Assembly (NCBI GenBank): GCA_963765495.1
Contig: CAVXWP010000007.1
Location: 224,001 to 288,000 of the forward strand
DNA from: Blastocatellia bacterium
Lineage (GTDB): Bacteria; Acidobacteriota; Blastocatellia; UBA7656
Length of the DNA: 64,000 nt
Reading direction: 5' to 3'
Under the pieces are notes generated by a model. It did no database searches and had not been told where the DNA came from. It saw nothing but the letters and a program-made list of their open reading frames with translations. Shown one piece after another: positions 9,936 to 20,883 of the stretch. A program made the translations under genes and the position numbers. Within the stretch, counting starts at the first letter, position 1. Each line of letters opens with the position of its first letter.

Positions 9936-10664
9936 ATGGCCGGTACAAATATGCCTTTCCAGTCAGTGCCCTTCGCCATCATCGGAGTATTCAGCGTTGC
10001 CGACACCTGGAACGGGTCGCCGCTAACTCTCCTCCCAAACCAGAACGCGAATATGCCGCAGACGACAAACGGCTCGATGGTATTCGCCTATCAGAACGTC
10101 TCCAAGCAGAACAATCAGGGAACACTCTCGCTCACATCGGGAGGGAGTGCGCCGGATTTTCTGACCGCGCCCGCGCTTTCCAATCAGCCGGAGATTCTGG
10201 TCAAGAACTGGCAGGCCAACAACCTGAGCGTCACAAATGTCAGCCCCCCTTCCTCCGACACGCCGATCTTGATTCAAGCCATCGGTCCGGGCATTCCGGG
10301 AGTAAATCCTCTTGATCTTGCGGTAGGAGACCCCGTAAACCTCGCGCCCGGACAGACCGCGCAGGGAAACTCATTGCCCCGATACATGCAACTGGTCTTA
10401 CAGGCCAGTTCGGGCAATCTGACTACTTTTGCTCTCATCGGCGGCCCGCCCGACCAGTCGGGCAACAACGCGTATGTCTTTGCGGTGAACTCGACTCAGA
10501 ACACAGGCCCCGGAACGGGTTTCACGCCACCGGCAGGCTACTACGCTACGACTACAAGTAATTACACGACATTCCAATTCAACTGGGGCAGCTCAACGAT
10601 CTTCGTCGCCAACATGTCGGGCGAGACAGCGGGACCGGCAACCGTCAGCCTGCGCCAGCTTTGA
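9936..10664 (+). CDS. Uncharacterised beta protein, paralogue 3 of 3
   Basis: AAGGA RBS before ATG9936 (MAGTN...). Same conserved blocks (PQTTNGSMVFAY, IGGPPDQSGNNAYVFAVN, FQFNWGSS). Confidence 0.85.
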   Translation: MAGTNMPFQSVPFAIIGVFSVADTWNGSPLTLLPNQNANMPQTTNGSMVFAYQNVSKQNNQGTLSLTSGGSAPDFLTAPALSNQPEILVKNWQANNLSVTNVSPPSSDTPILIQAIGPGIPGVNPLDLAVGDPVNLAPGQTAQGNSLPRYMQLVLQASSGNLTTFALIGGPPDQSGNNAYVFAVNSTQNTGPGTGFTPPAGYYATTTSNYTTFQFNWGSSTIFVANMSGETAGPATVSLRQL

Positions 10665-10668
10665 ATGC

Positions 10669-10808
10669 TGCGTGATCCGTGATGCGTGATCCGTGATTTA
10701 CCTGATTCGCAAATTATCTTTAACAAATAACCTGCCTGAAAGTCACGCATCACTCTTCACGCATCACTCTCCACGCATCGCGCATCACGCATCACTCTTC
10801 GCATCACT
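10669..10808. repeat. Heptamer inverted-repeat element, GATGCGT type
   Basis: Left arm (GATGCGT/GATCCGT)n, core, right arm (ACGCATC)n, directly after a stop codon. Confidence 0.85.
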
Positions 10809-10864
10809 GTCAGGCGAGCGAAACGATTCAAAGCTATTGCCGCATTTTGCATGAGAAAGTTAAT

Positions 10865-11605
10865 ATGTCAGCTATGCGACAGAAGACGGCGGCAATAGTT
10901 GTTATCGGCAACGAGATTCTGACTGGCAAGTCTCAGGATAAGAACGCCAGCTTTTTGATCGGCCAGTTGTACGAGCTTGGAGTGGCGTTGCGCCGCATAG
11001 TAGTAATACCCGATGACCTTGACGACATAGCCTCGGCCGTCAGCGAATGCTCATCGCGTTTCGATTACGTCTTCACATCGGGAGGGGTCGGACCCACGCA
11101 CGACGATATGACTATCGAAGGCGTGGCCCGCGCATTCGGTCGCTCTGTTGTGCGCGATGCGGGGCTTGCGGCCATGCTGCGCGGATACTTCGGAGACGAT
11201 GCCGATCAGACGCGTATGCGGCTTGCCGATGTGCCGGAAGGCTCTACGCTGATACGTGACGAGGAATTGCGCTGGCCCGTACTGACCACTGAAAACGTTT
11301 ATGTGCTTCCGGGCGTGCCGGAACTCTTTCGCAGCAAGTTCGAGGCTATACGCGAGCGGTTCCGCGCCTCGCCTTTTCACACTTCGGTCGTATACACTCG
11401 CGAAGACGAGTTTGATATTGCGCCTCGCCTCGACAGAATCGCTTCGCTTCATCCCGATGTAGAGATAGGATCATACCCTACCTTTACCAGCGATGAGTAT
11501 CGAGTGAAGATCACCTTAGAATCCAAGGAAGCCGAGGATGTCCGGCTGGCGCTTGCTGCGCTGGTCGAGTTGATGGACCCGGCTGCCGTCGTCCGCATCG
11601 AGTAG
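10865..11605 (+). CDS. CinA-like molybdopterin-binding (MoCF) domain protein
   Basis: Motifs IGNEILTG..QDKN, TSGGVGPTHDDMT and LPGVP. The start could also be 10874. Confidence 0.85.
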   Translation: MSAMRQKTAAIVVIGNEILTGKSQDKNASFLIGQLYELGVALRRIVVIPDDLDDIASAVSECSSRFDYVFTSGGVGPTHDDMTIEGVARAFGRSVVRDAGLAAMLRGYFGDDADQTRMRLADVPEGSTLIRDEELRWPVLTTENVYVLPGVPELFRSKFEAIRERFRASPFHTSVVYTREDEFDIAPRLDRIASLHPDVEIGSYPTFTSDEYRVKITLESKEAEDVRLALAALVELMDPAAVVRIE

Positions 11606-11683
11606 TCTTTAGCCCGCGAAACACTCGAATTAGCGCGAATTCATAACTGATTTTTTGGATATATTCTTGATAGGGTCTGAAAG

Positions 11684-13216
11684 ATGAAAAAGATTTTCTT
11701 TGTCGCCCTGTTGCTCGTTATCGCTTCGGGCCGCGCGCGCACACAGCAGACAACGCCCTTGCGATTCGAGGTCACTGCTTCCCGCGATCTTATCAGCACC
11801 CCTGAAAGCGGGCGAATGTTTGTCATCATCAGTCCGCATAATAACCCTGAGCCGAGGCTCACCATAGGCACTACGGGGCTGACGGCCCCTCCTGTCATTG
11901 CCCGCGACATAGATGATTTTTCGCCTGGTGTGACGGCAAGCCTCGACCGAAGCGCCGCCATCTTTCCGATTGATGATCTCTCCAGCCTGCCCGCCGGAGA
12001 CTATTTCGTGCAGGCGCTGTTTGATTCAAACGCCGATCTCAAATCAGTAAACGCGCCGGGCAATCTATACAGCGCGGCAAAACGAATCCACCTTGATCCG
12101 AATACGAGCGGGGTTGTGAAGCTGGAATTGACCCAAAAAGCGCCGCCCGAACAGTTGCCCGCCGAAACCGAGATGGTCAAGTATGTAAAGATTCAATCGA
12201 AGTTGCTCAGTGAGTTTCACCATCGGCCTATATATCTGCGCGCGGGCGTAATCCTGCCGCGCGACTTCGACCGCGACCCCGCGCGCCGTTATCCTCTCTG
12301 GGTCCACATAGGCGGTTACGGTTCGAGCTATACCGGTGTCAAAAATATGATGTCTGAGCGAGCGGGCTTTCGCGAGGCGTGGATGGCCGACGATGCGCCT
12401 CGAATGATCCTGCTCCATCTGGATGGAGACGGCCCCTTCGGAGACTGCTATCAGGTCAACTCGGCAAACAACGGTCCTTACGGCGATGCGATCACTCAGG
12501 AACTGATCCCCTACGTAGAGAAGAAATTTCGAGCCATAGGCCGGGGCGATGCTCGCGTGCTTGACGGAGGCTCTACCGGGGGATGGGTCTCTCTGGCTCT
12601 TCAGGTATTTTATCCCGATTTCTTCAACGGCACGTGGACCTATTGCCCGGACGGAGTCGATTTCCGCGCCTTTCAACTCATCAACATTTATCGAGACAAG
12701 AACGCCTACGTAAATGAGCACGGCTTTGAGCGCCCGAGCGCGCGCGACCTTGACGGCGACACCCGTTTCACGATTCGCCACGAATGCCGGATGGAAAACG
12801 TAATGGGCAGGGGCGATAGCTGGACGATGTCGGGCGAGCAGTGGGGAGCGTGGAACGCCACTTACGGGCCACGCGGAGCAGACGGTCGCCCGGTGCCTTT
12901 GTGGGACCCAAAAACCGGAGAGATCGACCGCAGCGTGATTGAGCATTGGAAGAAATATGATCTTCGCCTGATAATGGAGCAGAACTGGAAGACGCTCGGC
13001 CCAAAACTACGCGGAAAGATTCACATCTGGGTGGGCGAGGCCGATACCTACTTTTTAAACAACGCCGTCCACATGCTCGACGAGTTTCTGAAAAAGGCCG
13101 ATCCGCCTTACGAAGGCCAAATCATTTACGGACCGGGACAGGGTCATTGCTGGCGAGGCATAACCGACCGCCAGGTCATGAATGAGATGGCACAGGCAGT
13201 AGGCAGTAAGCAGTAG
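11684..13216 (+). CDS. Secreted alpha/beta-hydrolase (esterase, Fes-like)
   Basis: Signal peptide, nucleophile elbow GGSTGG, NSANNGPYGDA, C-terminal GEAD...GH. Confidence 0.8.
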   Translation: MKKIFFVALLLVIASGRARTQQTTPLRFEVTASRDLISTPESGRMFVIISPHNNPEPRLTIGTTGLTAPPVIARDIDDFSPGVTASLDRSAAIFPIDDLSSLPAGDYFVQALFDSNADLKSVNAPGNLYSAAKRIHLDPNTSGVVKLELTQKAPPEQLPAETEMVKYVKIQSKLLSEFHHRPIYLRAGVILPRDFDRDPARRYPLWVHIGGYGSSYTGVKNMMSERAGFREAWMADDAPRMILLHLDGDGPFGDCYQVNSANNGPYGDAITQELIPYVEKKFRAIGRGDARVLDGGSTGGWVSLALQVFYPDFFNGTWTYCPDGVDFRAFQLINIYRDKNAYVNEHGFERPSARDLDGDTRFTIRHECRMENVMGRGDSWTMSGEQWGAWNATYGPRGADGRPVPLWDPKTGEIDRSVIEHWKKYDLRLIMEQNWKTLGPKLRGKIHIWVGEADTYFLNNAVHMLDEFLKKADPPYEGQIIYGPGQGHCWRGITDRQVMNEMAQAVGSKQ

Positions 13217-13353
13217 GCAGTAAGCAGTAGGCAGTAGGCAGTTGATATTACCGGAGGCGGGTACCAACTATTCATATGCATGCCCCGTGCATTCTTTAGC
13301 AGTAGTCGTTAGTTCAACACGCACTGCCTACTGCCTACTGCTTACTGCCTACT
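13194..13353. repeat. Heptamer inverted-repeat element, AGGCAGT type
   Basis: Seven AGGCAGT/AAGCAGT units, ~80-bp core, then (ACTGCCT/ACTGCTT)n. The left arm overlaps the esterase stop. Confidence 0.9.
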
Positions 13354-13376
13354 AATAAAAGGAGCGATTCGACTCT

Positions 13377-14453
13377 ATGAAAAAAATCCTGATGGAGCAC
13401 GGGCTTGATCTGTTGCTGATATTCATTCCCATCGCGGCTGTACTTCACTACACGCACGCCTCGCCGATCTGGACCTTCGCGGCCTCGGGGCTGGCAATCG
13501 TGCCGCTTGCCGGATGGATGGGCAAGGCTACCGAGGGGCTGGCTTCGCGTCTTGGCGCAGGAATAGGCGGGCTGCTCAACGCCACATTCGGCAACGCCGC
13601 CGAGATGATAATTGCCGTTCAAGGATTGCGCGCAGGCTTGACCGAAGTGATAAAGGCATCGATAACCGGCTCGATACTCGGCAATATACTGCTCGTACTC
13701 GGAGTGAGCGTCGTGGCAGGCGGGCTGAAATTCAAAGAGCAGAAATTCAACCGCACGGCGGCAAGCATGAGCGCGACCCTGCTTGCCTTGAGCGCAATCG
13801 GCCTGCTCGTTCCGGCTATGTTTCATCGCGTCACAGGCGGGTCGAGTTCGGAAGCCGAACTGAGCGTCGAAATTTCAATAGTATTATTTGTCACCTATAT
13901 CCTGAGCCTCGTCTTTGCGCTGCACACTCACAAAGACCTCTACATTGGCGAAGGGGGCCACGGTGAAGAACCCGCGATGGGATGGAAGACGGCGCTTGTG
14001 ACCCTTGTGGTCGCCACGGGGCTTGTCGCGTGGATGAGCGAGTTGCTTGTCGAGGCGGTCGAGCCCGCGTCTAAGGCTCTCGGGATGACCGAGGTGTTTG
14101 TAGGCGTCATAGTCGTAGCCGTCATAGGCAATGCCGCCGAGCACTCAACAGCCGTGTTGATGGCGCTCAAAAACAAAATGGACCTGGCCTTTAATATCGC
14201 CGCCGGTTCGAGTATGCAGGTGGCGCTCTTTGTCGCGCCCGCGCTCGTCTTCTTGAGCTATGCGATAGGCCAGCCTATGGATTTACTCTTTACCACGTTT
14301 GAGGTTCTGGCCGTAGGGCTTGCGGTCGTCGTTGTCAGCCTCATAGCGGTTGACGGCGAATCCAACTGGATGGAAGGCGTGCTGTTGCTGGCCGTTTATC
14401 TGATATTTGCCCTGGCCTTCTTCTTTTTGCCGCCAAGTTTGCCGAGGACATAA
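13377..14453 (+). CDS. cax: Calcium/proton exchanger
   Basis: CAX alpha-repeats NATFGNAAE and GNAAEH, GSILGN, multiple TM helices. Confidence 0.92.
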   Translation: MKKILMEHGLDLLLIFIPIAAVLHYTHASPIWTFAASGLAIVPLAGWMGKATEGLASRLGAGIGGLLNATFGNAAEMIIAVQGLRAGLTEVIKASITGSILGNILLVLGVSVVAGGLKFKEQKFNRTAASMSATLLALSAIGLLVPAMFHRVTGGSSSEAELSVEISIVLFVTYILSLVFALHTHKDLYIGEGGHGEEPAMGWKTALVTLVVATGLVAWMSELLVEAVEPASKALGMTEVFVGVIVVAVIGNAAEHSTAVLMALKNKMDLAFNIAAGSSMQVALFVAPALVFLSYAIGQPMDLLFTTFEVLAVGLAVVVVSLIAVDGESNWMEGVLLLAVYLIFALAFFFLPPSLPRT

Positions 14454-14455
14454 TT

Positions 14456-16243
14456 ATGCAAATCGCCATCGTGCTCGGATTGCTGGGGCTCGCCATCGTG
14501 TTGTTTGCGATGGAAAAGATCACAGTCGACATAATCACTCTGTTGTTGCTTATGGGGCTTGTGGTGTCGGGGATACTCACGCCTGCGGAAGCCTTCGCCG
14601 GGTTCAGTCAGGACATAATCATCATTCTCGCATCCATCTTCGTCATCAGCGGCGCGTTGCAGCGCAGCGGCATCATGGACGTGCTTGGCGCGCGGCTGCA
14701 CAGGGTCGCCGGAGGCAGCCGGAATCGGTTGCTGCTGGCTGTGATGGGGCTTGTGGGCGGCGTCTCTTCATTCATGAACAACACGACCGCCACCGCCATA
14801 TTCGTGCCGCCCGTGATGGGTGTGGCGAAGCAATCCGGGGTCAGCGCATCGAAACTGCTTATGCCGCTTGCCTTCGCCTCGATGCTTGGCGGCACGTGTA
14901 CGCTCATAGGGACTTCAACAAACGTCGCCGTCAGCGGCTTTATAGCAAAATCGGGGATGCAGCCTCTCTCTCTTTTTGAAATCACGCCGGTCGGCATCAT
15001 CATAGTCATAGTGGGAACGCTTTACATGTTGCTTATCGGGCAGCACCTGTTGCCCGACCACAAGGACGAGGACCTGGCGGGCGAATACGCCATACGCGAG
15101 TACATGAGCGAAATAGTTGTGTTGCCCGATTCGCATCTGGTGGGGCAGCGGATTTTCGAGTCGGACCTGTCAAAGATGGACTTCAGAATCCTGAGGGTCA
15201 TCAGAAGCGACAATCGCTTCCTGCCAAGCGGACGCACACGCATAGAGCCGGGTGATGTCCTGCTTGTAGAAGGCAAAGTGGAGGACCTGATGAAGGTCAA
15301 AGAGACGGCCGGGATAATGATAAAGGCCGATCTCAAGTTTGGAGATAAGGAATTACAGGGCGATGATGTCAAGATCGTGGAAGTGCTGATCACGCCGCAG
15401 AGCGATCTGGTCGGGCGCACGCTCAAGGAAGGTGAGTTCCGCACCCGATACGGGATGATGGCGATGGCTATCTATAGGCACGGCCACTCGTTGCGCGACA
15501 AGATCGGCCACATTCGACTGCGGATGGGAGATTTGCTGCTTGTACAGGGGCCTGCCGACCGGCTCGACTTTTTGAGACGCACGCCCGATCTGTGGATTCT
15601 CGACGAGATGAACCCGTCGCTCTTTAGAAAGAAAAAGGGGCTCTACACGGTGGCCTTCTTTACGGTGGCCATAGCTGTGGGCGCAATAGGATTGCTGCCG
15701 CTTTCGATTTCGTTTCTTGCGGCGGCGGTGCTGACGCTGCTTTTTCGCTGCATCACTACGGATGAGGCATACGAATTTATAGACTGGCGATTGATAATAC
15801 TGATCGGGGGGATGACGGCCTTTGGGACGGCGATGGACAAGACGGGCGCGGCGGCGTTTCTGGCCAACTGGATCGTCTATTTGCTGAAGCCCTACGGCGA
15901 GTTGATGATTCTGGCGGGCTTTTTCGTCATCACTATGATTCTTACTCAGCCGATGTCGAACGCGGCGGCGGCGCTCGTCGTGCTCCCCGTGGCGATGCAG
16001 ACGGCGCAGGGGATAGGCGCAAACGAGCGCACTTTTGCCATCGCCATAATGCTTGCGGCGTCGGTCTCTTTCATAACCCCTTTCGAGCCTTCCTGCATAC
16101 TGGTATACGGGCCGGGCAAATACAGATTCAGAGACTTTGCCGTCGTAGGGTTGTTTCTTACGATAATCCTGATGGCGGTCGTGCTGTTTCTGGTCCCGGT
16201 ATTCTGGCCGCTTCACCCTATGCCGGGACACGGCACGGGCTGA
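14456..16243 (+). CDS. SLC13/DASS family permease with two TrkA-C domains
   Basis: SFMNNT, LGGTCTLIGTSTN, MSNAAAA, YGPGKYRFRDF; central soluble TrkA-C pair. Confidence 0.9.
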   Translation: MQIAIVLGLLGLAIVLFAMEKITVDIITLLLLMGLVVSGILTPAEAFAGFSQDIIIILASIFVISGALQRSGIMDVLGARLHRVAGGSRNRLLLAVMGLVGGVSSFMNNTTATAIFVPPVMGVAKQSGVSASKLLMPLAFASMLGGTCTLIGTSTNVAVSGFIAKSGMQPLSLFEITPVGIIIVIVGTLYMLLIGQHLLPDHKDEDLAGEYAIREYMSEIVVLPDSHLVGQRIFESDLSKMDFRILRVIRSDNRFLPSGRTRIEPGDVLLVEGKVEDLMKVKETAGIMIKADLKFGDKELQGDDVKIVEVLITPQSDLVGRTLKEGEFRTRYGMMAMAIYRHGHSLRDKIGHIRLRMGDLLLVQGPADRLDFLRRTPDLWILDEMNPSLFRKKKGLYTVAFFTVAIAVGAIGLLPLSISFLAAAVLTLLFRCITTDEAYEFIDWRLIILIGGMTAFGTAMDKTGAAAFLANWIVYLLKPYGELMILAGFFVITMILTQPMSNAAAALVVLPVAMQTAQGIGANERTFAIAIMLAASVSFITPFEPSCILVYGPGKYRFRDFAVVGLFLTIILMAVVLFLVPVFWPLHPMPGHGTG

Positions 16244-16273
16244 TTCTGAGATTTGAGATTCGAGATGAGCGCG

Positions 16274-16921
16274 CTAATTGGATTTGGCGGCTGCTTTGTT
16301 CAGTTCTTCGGCGCTTTTGCTTATTTTGGCGCTGAGTTCGATGATCTCTTCGAGGTCGCTTTTGGCTTTCCGGCCAAGCTCCGCATCAATCGTGTTGGCC
16401 TTTTTGAAAAGCGGATTTGTGACAAAGCTCGTGATCGAATCATTCAGGTCCAGAAGCGGCGATCTGGCTTCGCGCTTCTCTGCTTTCGCCTCGCGCTTTT
16501 GATCTCTTTCCGATGGAGGGAGCATGAGGTTTGAGTTGAGCCGCGAGGCCCGCGTTCTGATCTCTTCCGTCGCTTCGGAGAGACGTTTATAATCGGGCGG
16601 TTCCTTTGATATGTAAGCCTTCATGATTTCGGAATTGATCTCTTGTATGCGCCCGAAGTCTTCCGTGACCTGTTTGATAGTCTCCTCGGAGGCAACGGCG
16701 CGAGGTTTCGCGTTGCGTTTTCTTTCAAGCTCGAGCCTTCTGATATTCATCTCACGAAAGTACAGATCGCGGTCGGTATCCGACATGCCCCTCGGCGGGT
16801 TTCTGCTTGGTGCTGTCGGTTTCTGTTGTGCCACGAGAGCGGCTGGCAAGATCAGCCCTAAAACCAGCGCCGCAACTACACACTTCATTAAATCGGCGGG
16901 ATTCGCATAACGGGTTTTCAT
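16274..16921 (-). CDS. Secreted alpha-helical protein (FVTNPxF family), paralogue A
   Basis: GGAGGAG RBS before the ATG at 16921, hydrophobic signal segment, motif SFVTNPLF shared with 20884..21477. Confidence 0.8.
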   Translation of the reverse strand: MKTRYANPADLMKCVVAALVLGLILPAALVAQQKPTAPSRNPPRGMSDTDRDLYFREMNIRRLELERKRNAKPRAVASEETIKQVTEDFGRIQEINSEIMKAYISKEPPDYKRLSEATEEIRTRASRLNSNLMLPPSERDQKREAKAEKREARSPLLDLNDSITSFVTNPLFKKANTIDAELGRKAKSDLEEIIELSAKISKSAEELNKAAAKSN

Positions 16922-17020
16922 AACTCCTCCGATCCTTGAGTTAATCTTTTCGTTATAAGTTTTTTTGCCGGAGCGCCCAACATTTGGCCCCAGTATACCC
17001 GCCCACCCGTCTTCATTCAA

Positions 17021-17052
17021 ATGGGTGGTAACCACGGTCAGTTACCACCCAT
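17021..17052 (-). terminator. Hairpin downstream of TonB receptor 1
   Basis: ATGGGTGGTAAC-8nt-GTTACCACCCAT perfect 12-bp stem. Confidence 0.55.
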
Positions 17053-17084
17053 CCGTTAAAGCATGCCGCTATCTTTGCAAGCGA

Positions 17085-20000
17085 TCAGAAATTAAATCTG
17101 AGCGCGAGTTGAATGACACGCGGGTGAGAGGAAAGGACTCTGTCGGGTCTGTTGAAGAAGCCGTCAGGCGCGATAGTAGTCGGCGAAATCTGAAGCAGGT
17201 TCGTTACGGCGGCGCTCGTCTGGCTGGTTGCTTCTACGCCGTTGATGGAACCGGGAACAAACTGCGGGTGGTTGAAAGCATTAAAGAAATCGGCACGGAG
17301 TTGAAACCTCATGCTTTCACGAAACGCGAAGTTCTTAAAGACCGAGAAATCCAGATTGTTGATTCCCGGCAGTTGCAGAGTGTTGCGACCTGCGTCGGTC
17401 CTTGCAAATATCTGCGCCTGAATGTATTGAGCATTCGGGTTGTCTGCGACATAGGCGACGGTCGCGGCGTTGCCGATTGGCACGGTCGCCCCCGACCTGT
17501 TGATTGCGTGGACGGTTGTGGCCGTGCCTTCCAATCCGTTGGGGTTGATGATGGAGCGGTCGCCCGCATTGTCGCCGTTTTGATTGGCGTCAACGCCGCT
17601 TCGAACCGTGGCCTTCTCGCCCGACTCAAAAGTCAGGGTTCCGGCAAAACTCAACCCGCCCAGGAATGTGCGGGCAATCCAGTGCTCGCTGTTGTTGAAG
17701 TACGGCAGATCGTAAATCCCCGAAGCCACAAAGCGTTGGCGGTGATCGAGCGCCGAGTCGGCCTTTTCACGCTTCAGGTTCTGGAAATCTTCTACACGGC
17801 GGGGTGAAAGCACAGTGGAGAAGACCTCGGCGGTCGTGTCATCAATCAGATGGCTCCAGGTGTAAGCGCCGTTGATCTGAAAACCTTTTGCGAGGCGGCG
17901 CGTGACCTGAGCCGAGAAGCTGTTATAAGAGGAATTGCCGTTTGACAGGAAAGAAACAAGCGCGCTTGAGCCGAAACCGGCAGCCGCAAACTCCGGCTTG
18001 AATCGCGGAGGCGCTGCTGCTGCAACCTGAGCCAGTGTGGGCAGCCCGGCAAGATCGCTTCCCGACGGCTGCGAGGCAAAGGTCGGGATAAAGTTTGTAT
18101 CGGTGACACGCGACTGGATGTTGATCCGATTCTGTGTCAGCAGGTGAACGCCCCGCGTGCCCAGATAGCGCAACTCAAGACCCCAGTCCTTGAGGAACTG
18201 GCGTTGATAGCTGAGCGTGTAGGTGATCGAGTAGGGCACCTGTTGATCGGGAACATAGGAGGCGGTGGCTGCCCGCGCGTCGTCCGGGTTTGTAACGGGC
18301 GTCAGAACCGGAAGTATGCCGCCGTTCCCGAGGAAATTATGTACGCCCGGATCGACATCTATGGTCTGTGTGAATTGCGGCGGAAGCGACAGGATGTAGA
18401 GGTTATCGAATATCACATCATAGGCCATAGAGAAGCCCGCGCGGATCGAACTCGCCCCGTTTGTGCCAAACAATGTGTGCTTCCAGCCGGAGTCATAATC
18501 GGGCGCGTAGGCGATGCCAAGCCTCGGAGCGAAGTTCTTCTTTTGAGGCTTTGGCGCGCGGAAGTCGATCAGGTCGGGAACCGACGAGATTGCATTCAGC
18601 TTTTGTTGCCGCGCGCTGAAGGGCAATTGCTGATAGGCGTAGTTCAGACCGAGGTTGAGCGTCAGGTTTGGTCGCACGCGCCAGTCGTCCTGGCCGTAGA
18701 AGAACAGGAGCTTTTGATTGCCTTCGTACGGCGATATGCCTATGGAACGTTCTGAGAATTCCGGGCTGATGTCGCGCAGGAAATCTTCGGTCGAGTTGTA
18801 GTCGTAATCGCCTCGCTGGCGCTGTACAAACGACTGCGGCGAAATTATTTTGCGACCGTCGCCTCCGACCTTTATCGAATGATTGCCCCAGAGATACGAG
18901 ACATTGTCAACGAGTTGATAATTGTTCTCGATGCCGAACTGCGGGGCATTGGGATCGGGTCCGATGTTGAGGCCAAGCTCGTTTAACTGGATGTTGGGGA
19001 ACTGGTCGAGGCCCGGAAACTGGAAGTCTCCGGCGGGGTCAGAGAGACGGAACGCCGGTAGCCGAAGCGCAATTCGTTTATGAATTTCGGCGTGAAGTTG
19101 TGCACCATCGTGTAAGAGAAGAGGCGCGTATCGGTTGGCAGCAGAAGGAAGAAATCGGGCAGGCTGGCCGCGTTGTCAATCTGGCGCAATTCATTGTAAA
19201 TGTAGCGGCCACGGTGCTGCGTCTTGTCGCTCTGGGTGTAATCAATGTTGATTACGAAATGGTTGTTGTAATAGAAGTTTGGCGATGGGATATTGACGAT
19301 GCCAATCGGGATATTGACTCCGCCGACTACGATATGCTGGCTCCCGTCCTGAGCAGGCGCTACGGGAACAAACTGCTTGAGTATACCAAGGTTTGTTGAA
19401 GAGAGGCCGGGGATTCTATCGAGCGCGGCAAAACCGGCGGAGGTCGGAGTCTCAACGGCTCCGGCTCCTGCGGCCTGCCCCGACTGAAATCTTTCGAACG
19501 CCCCGAAGAAGAATAGTTTGTTCTTTATGATCGGCCCGCCGAAATCGCCTCCAAAGCGGCCATAATCAAAACGCGGGTTGGGGTTGGGGTTGTCGGGACT
19601 CGTATCGCGAGTGATGCCCGCAGCCAGATCGAGCGTATCGAGCGCATTGAGGTGCCGATTGCGGAAGAAGCCATAGGCTGTGCCGTGGAACTGGTTGGTT
19701 CCGCTTTTTGTGGCGGTGATAAATTGTCCGCCTGTCGAGCGGGCGAATTCGGCGGAATACTGATTTTGAAGGAGCGAAAATTCCGCCACATCCTCGGGCG
19801 AGACATAGACCTGCGGGCCGGTGACGGACTTGTCGTTGTTATCCACGCCGTCTACGACAAAGTTATTATTGCGCGGGCGTTGTCCGCCGATTGAGCCGCC
19901 CGTGCCTACGCCCACGCCGCCGCTGCTTGTGACGTTGGGGGCGACAAGCGCGAGATTGTAGATGCCGGTTTGTCCGGTCGTAGCCGTTTGAGCCAGGTCT

Positions 20001-20440
20001 ACGACCTGACGGGATTCGAATCCTTTGGCCAGGTTGGTTGTGGTTGCATCCACGAGTTCGGCCCCGCCTGCCGATACGGTGACCGATTCTGTTACGAGCC
20101 CCGCCGTCAGCGTGCCCGATACGTTTGTTGTCTGATTCAACTGTACGCGCACATCGTCGAGGGTCAGTGACTTGAAGTTTTCGGCTTCAATGGTGATCCT
20201 GTATTCGCCGACCGGCAAATTCTTGAATTCGAAGTCGCCGCTGTCCGAGCTTTGTGTGTTTTGTGTGTTATTGGTGCTCTTTTCAAGAATAGATATCCTG
20301 GCGCCCGGCACTACTGCGCCGGTCGAATCCTTAACAATACCGCGCACGTTGCCGAGCGTTTGTTGAGCAAGCCCCGGCGCTACAAGCGATAGCAGCAGTG
20401 CGAAGCCTGTAATCAAGCTGGCGAGATTCTTGGTTCTCAT
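17085..20440 (-). CDS. Oar-like TonB-dependent receptor with N-terminal carboxypeptidase-regulatory-like domain (single frameshift near 19035, probably sequencing error)
   Basis: ORFs 18983..20440 and 17085..18677 join if one base is added to GGGG at 19035-19038 (..SLTPAGDFQFPGLDQFPN..QDDWRVRPNLTLNLGL). Signal peptide, plug motif DGVDNND, C-terminal RVIQLALRFNF. Confidence 0.85.
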
Positions 20441-20653
20441 ACTTAGACCTCCTAAATTTAGGTTCTCTTATATTTCTTTGTGGGAAAGCCGGTCGCTCTC
20501 ATCTCAAGGCGGGTTGCTCGTGGATTCCAGGATTGAGCATTACAATTCGCCTTTGATCAGCACGGGTCGAGATGAGGCCACAAATTTACTATCTGGAATC
20601 TGATTCCTGTCTGTCGAGCTTTGCCTGATGTGGATTTGAACAACCGATTTCGA

Positions 20654-20669
20654 AGCAATCTACGGACCC
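20654..20669 (-). promoter_or_regulatory. Possible sigma54 -24/-12 promoter for TonB receptor 1
   Basis: Minus strand GGGTCCGTAGATTGCT fits GG-N10-GC with TTGCT; partial consensus only. Confidence 0.35.
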
Positions 20670-20883
20670 GAATAGCATCTATTTTTTTTGAATATATTAA
20701 GTGCTACACCTGCTGAGTTTAATGAATATTACCAGGGCAGGCAGTCTAAATTATTGAATTTATATATACAAATTTTTGGATAATATCCAAGATTTAGGAG
20801 AAAGGCGGAAGATTTACTCACAACCGGGTATGTTATATAATACGGCTCACGCTCACTTTAGAACTTAAAGAAAGGAGAGGATT

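Noticed and set aside
10669-13353. Repeat arrays as CRISPR
   Set aside because: Units are contiguous 7-mers with no unique spacers, and no cas genes are present.
19031-19040. Split TonB receptor as a pseudogene or programmed frameshift
   Set aside because: One extra G in a GGGG run restores a full-length, otherwise undamaged gene. This is a typical long-read homopolymer error, and the run is too short for phase variation.
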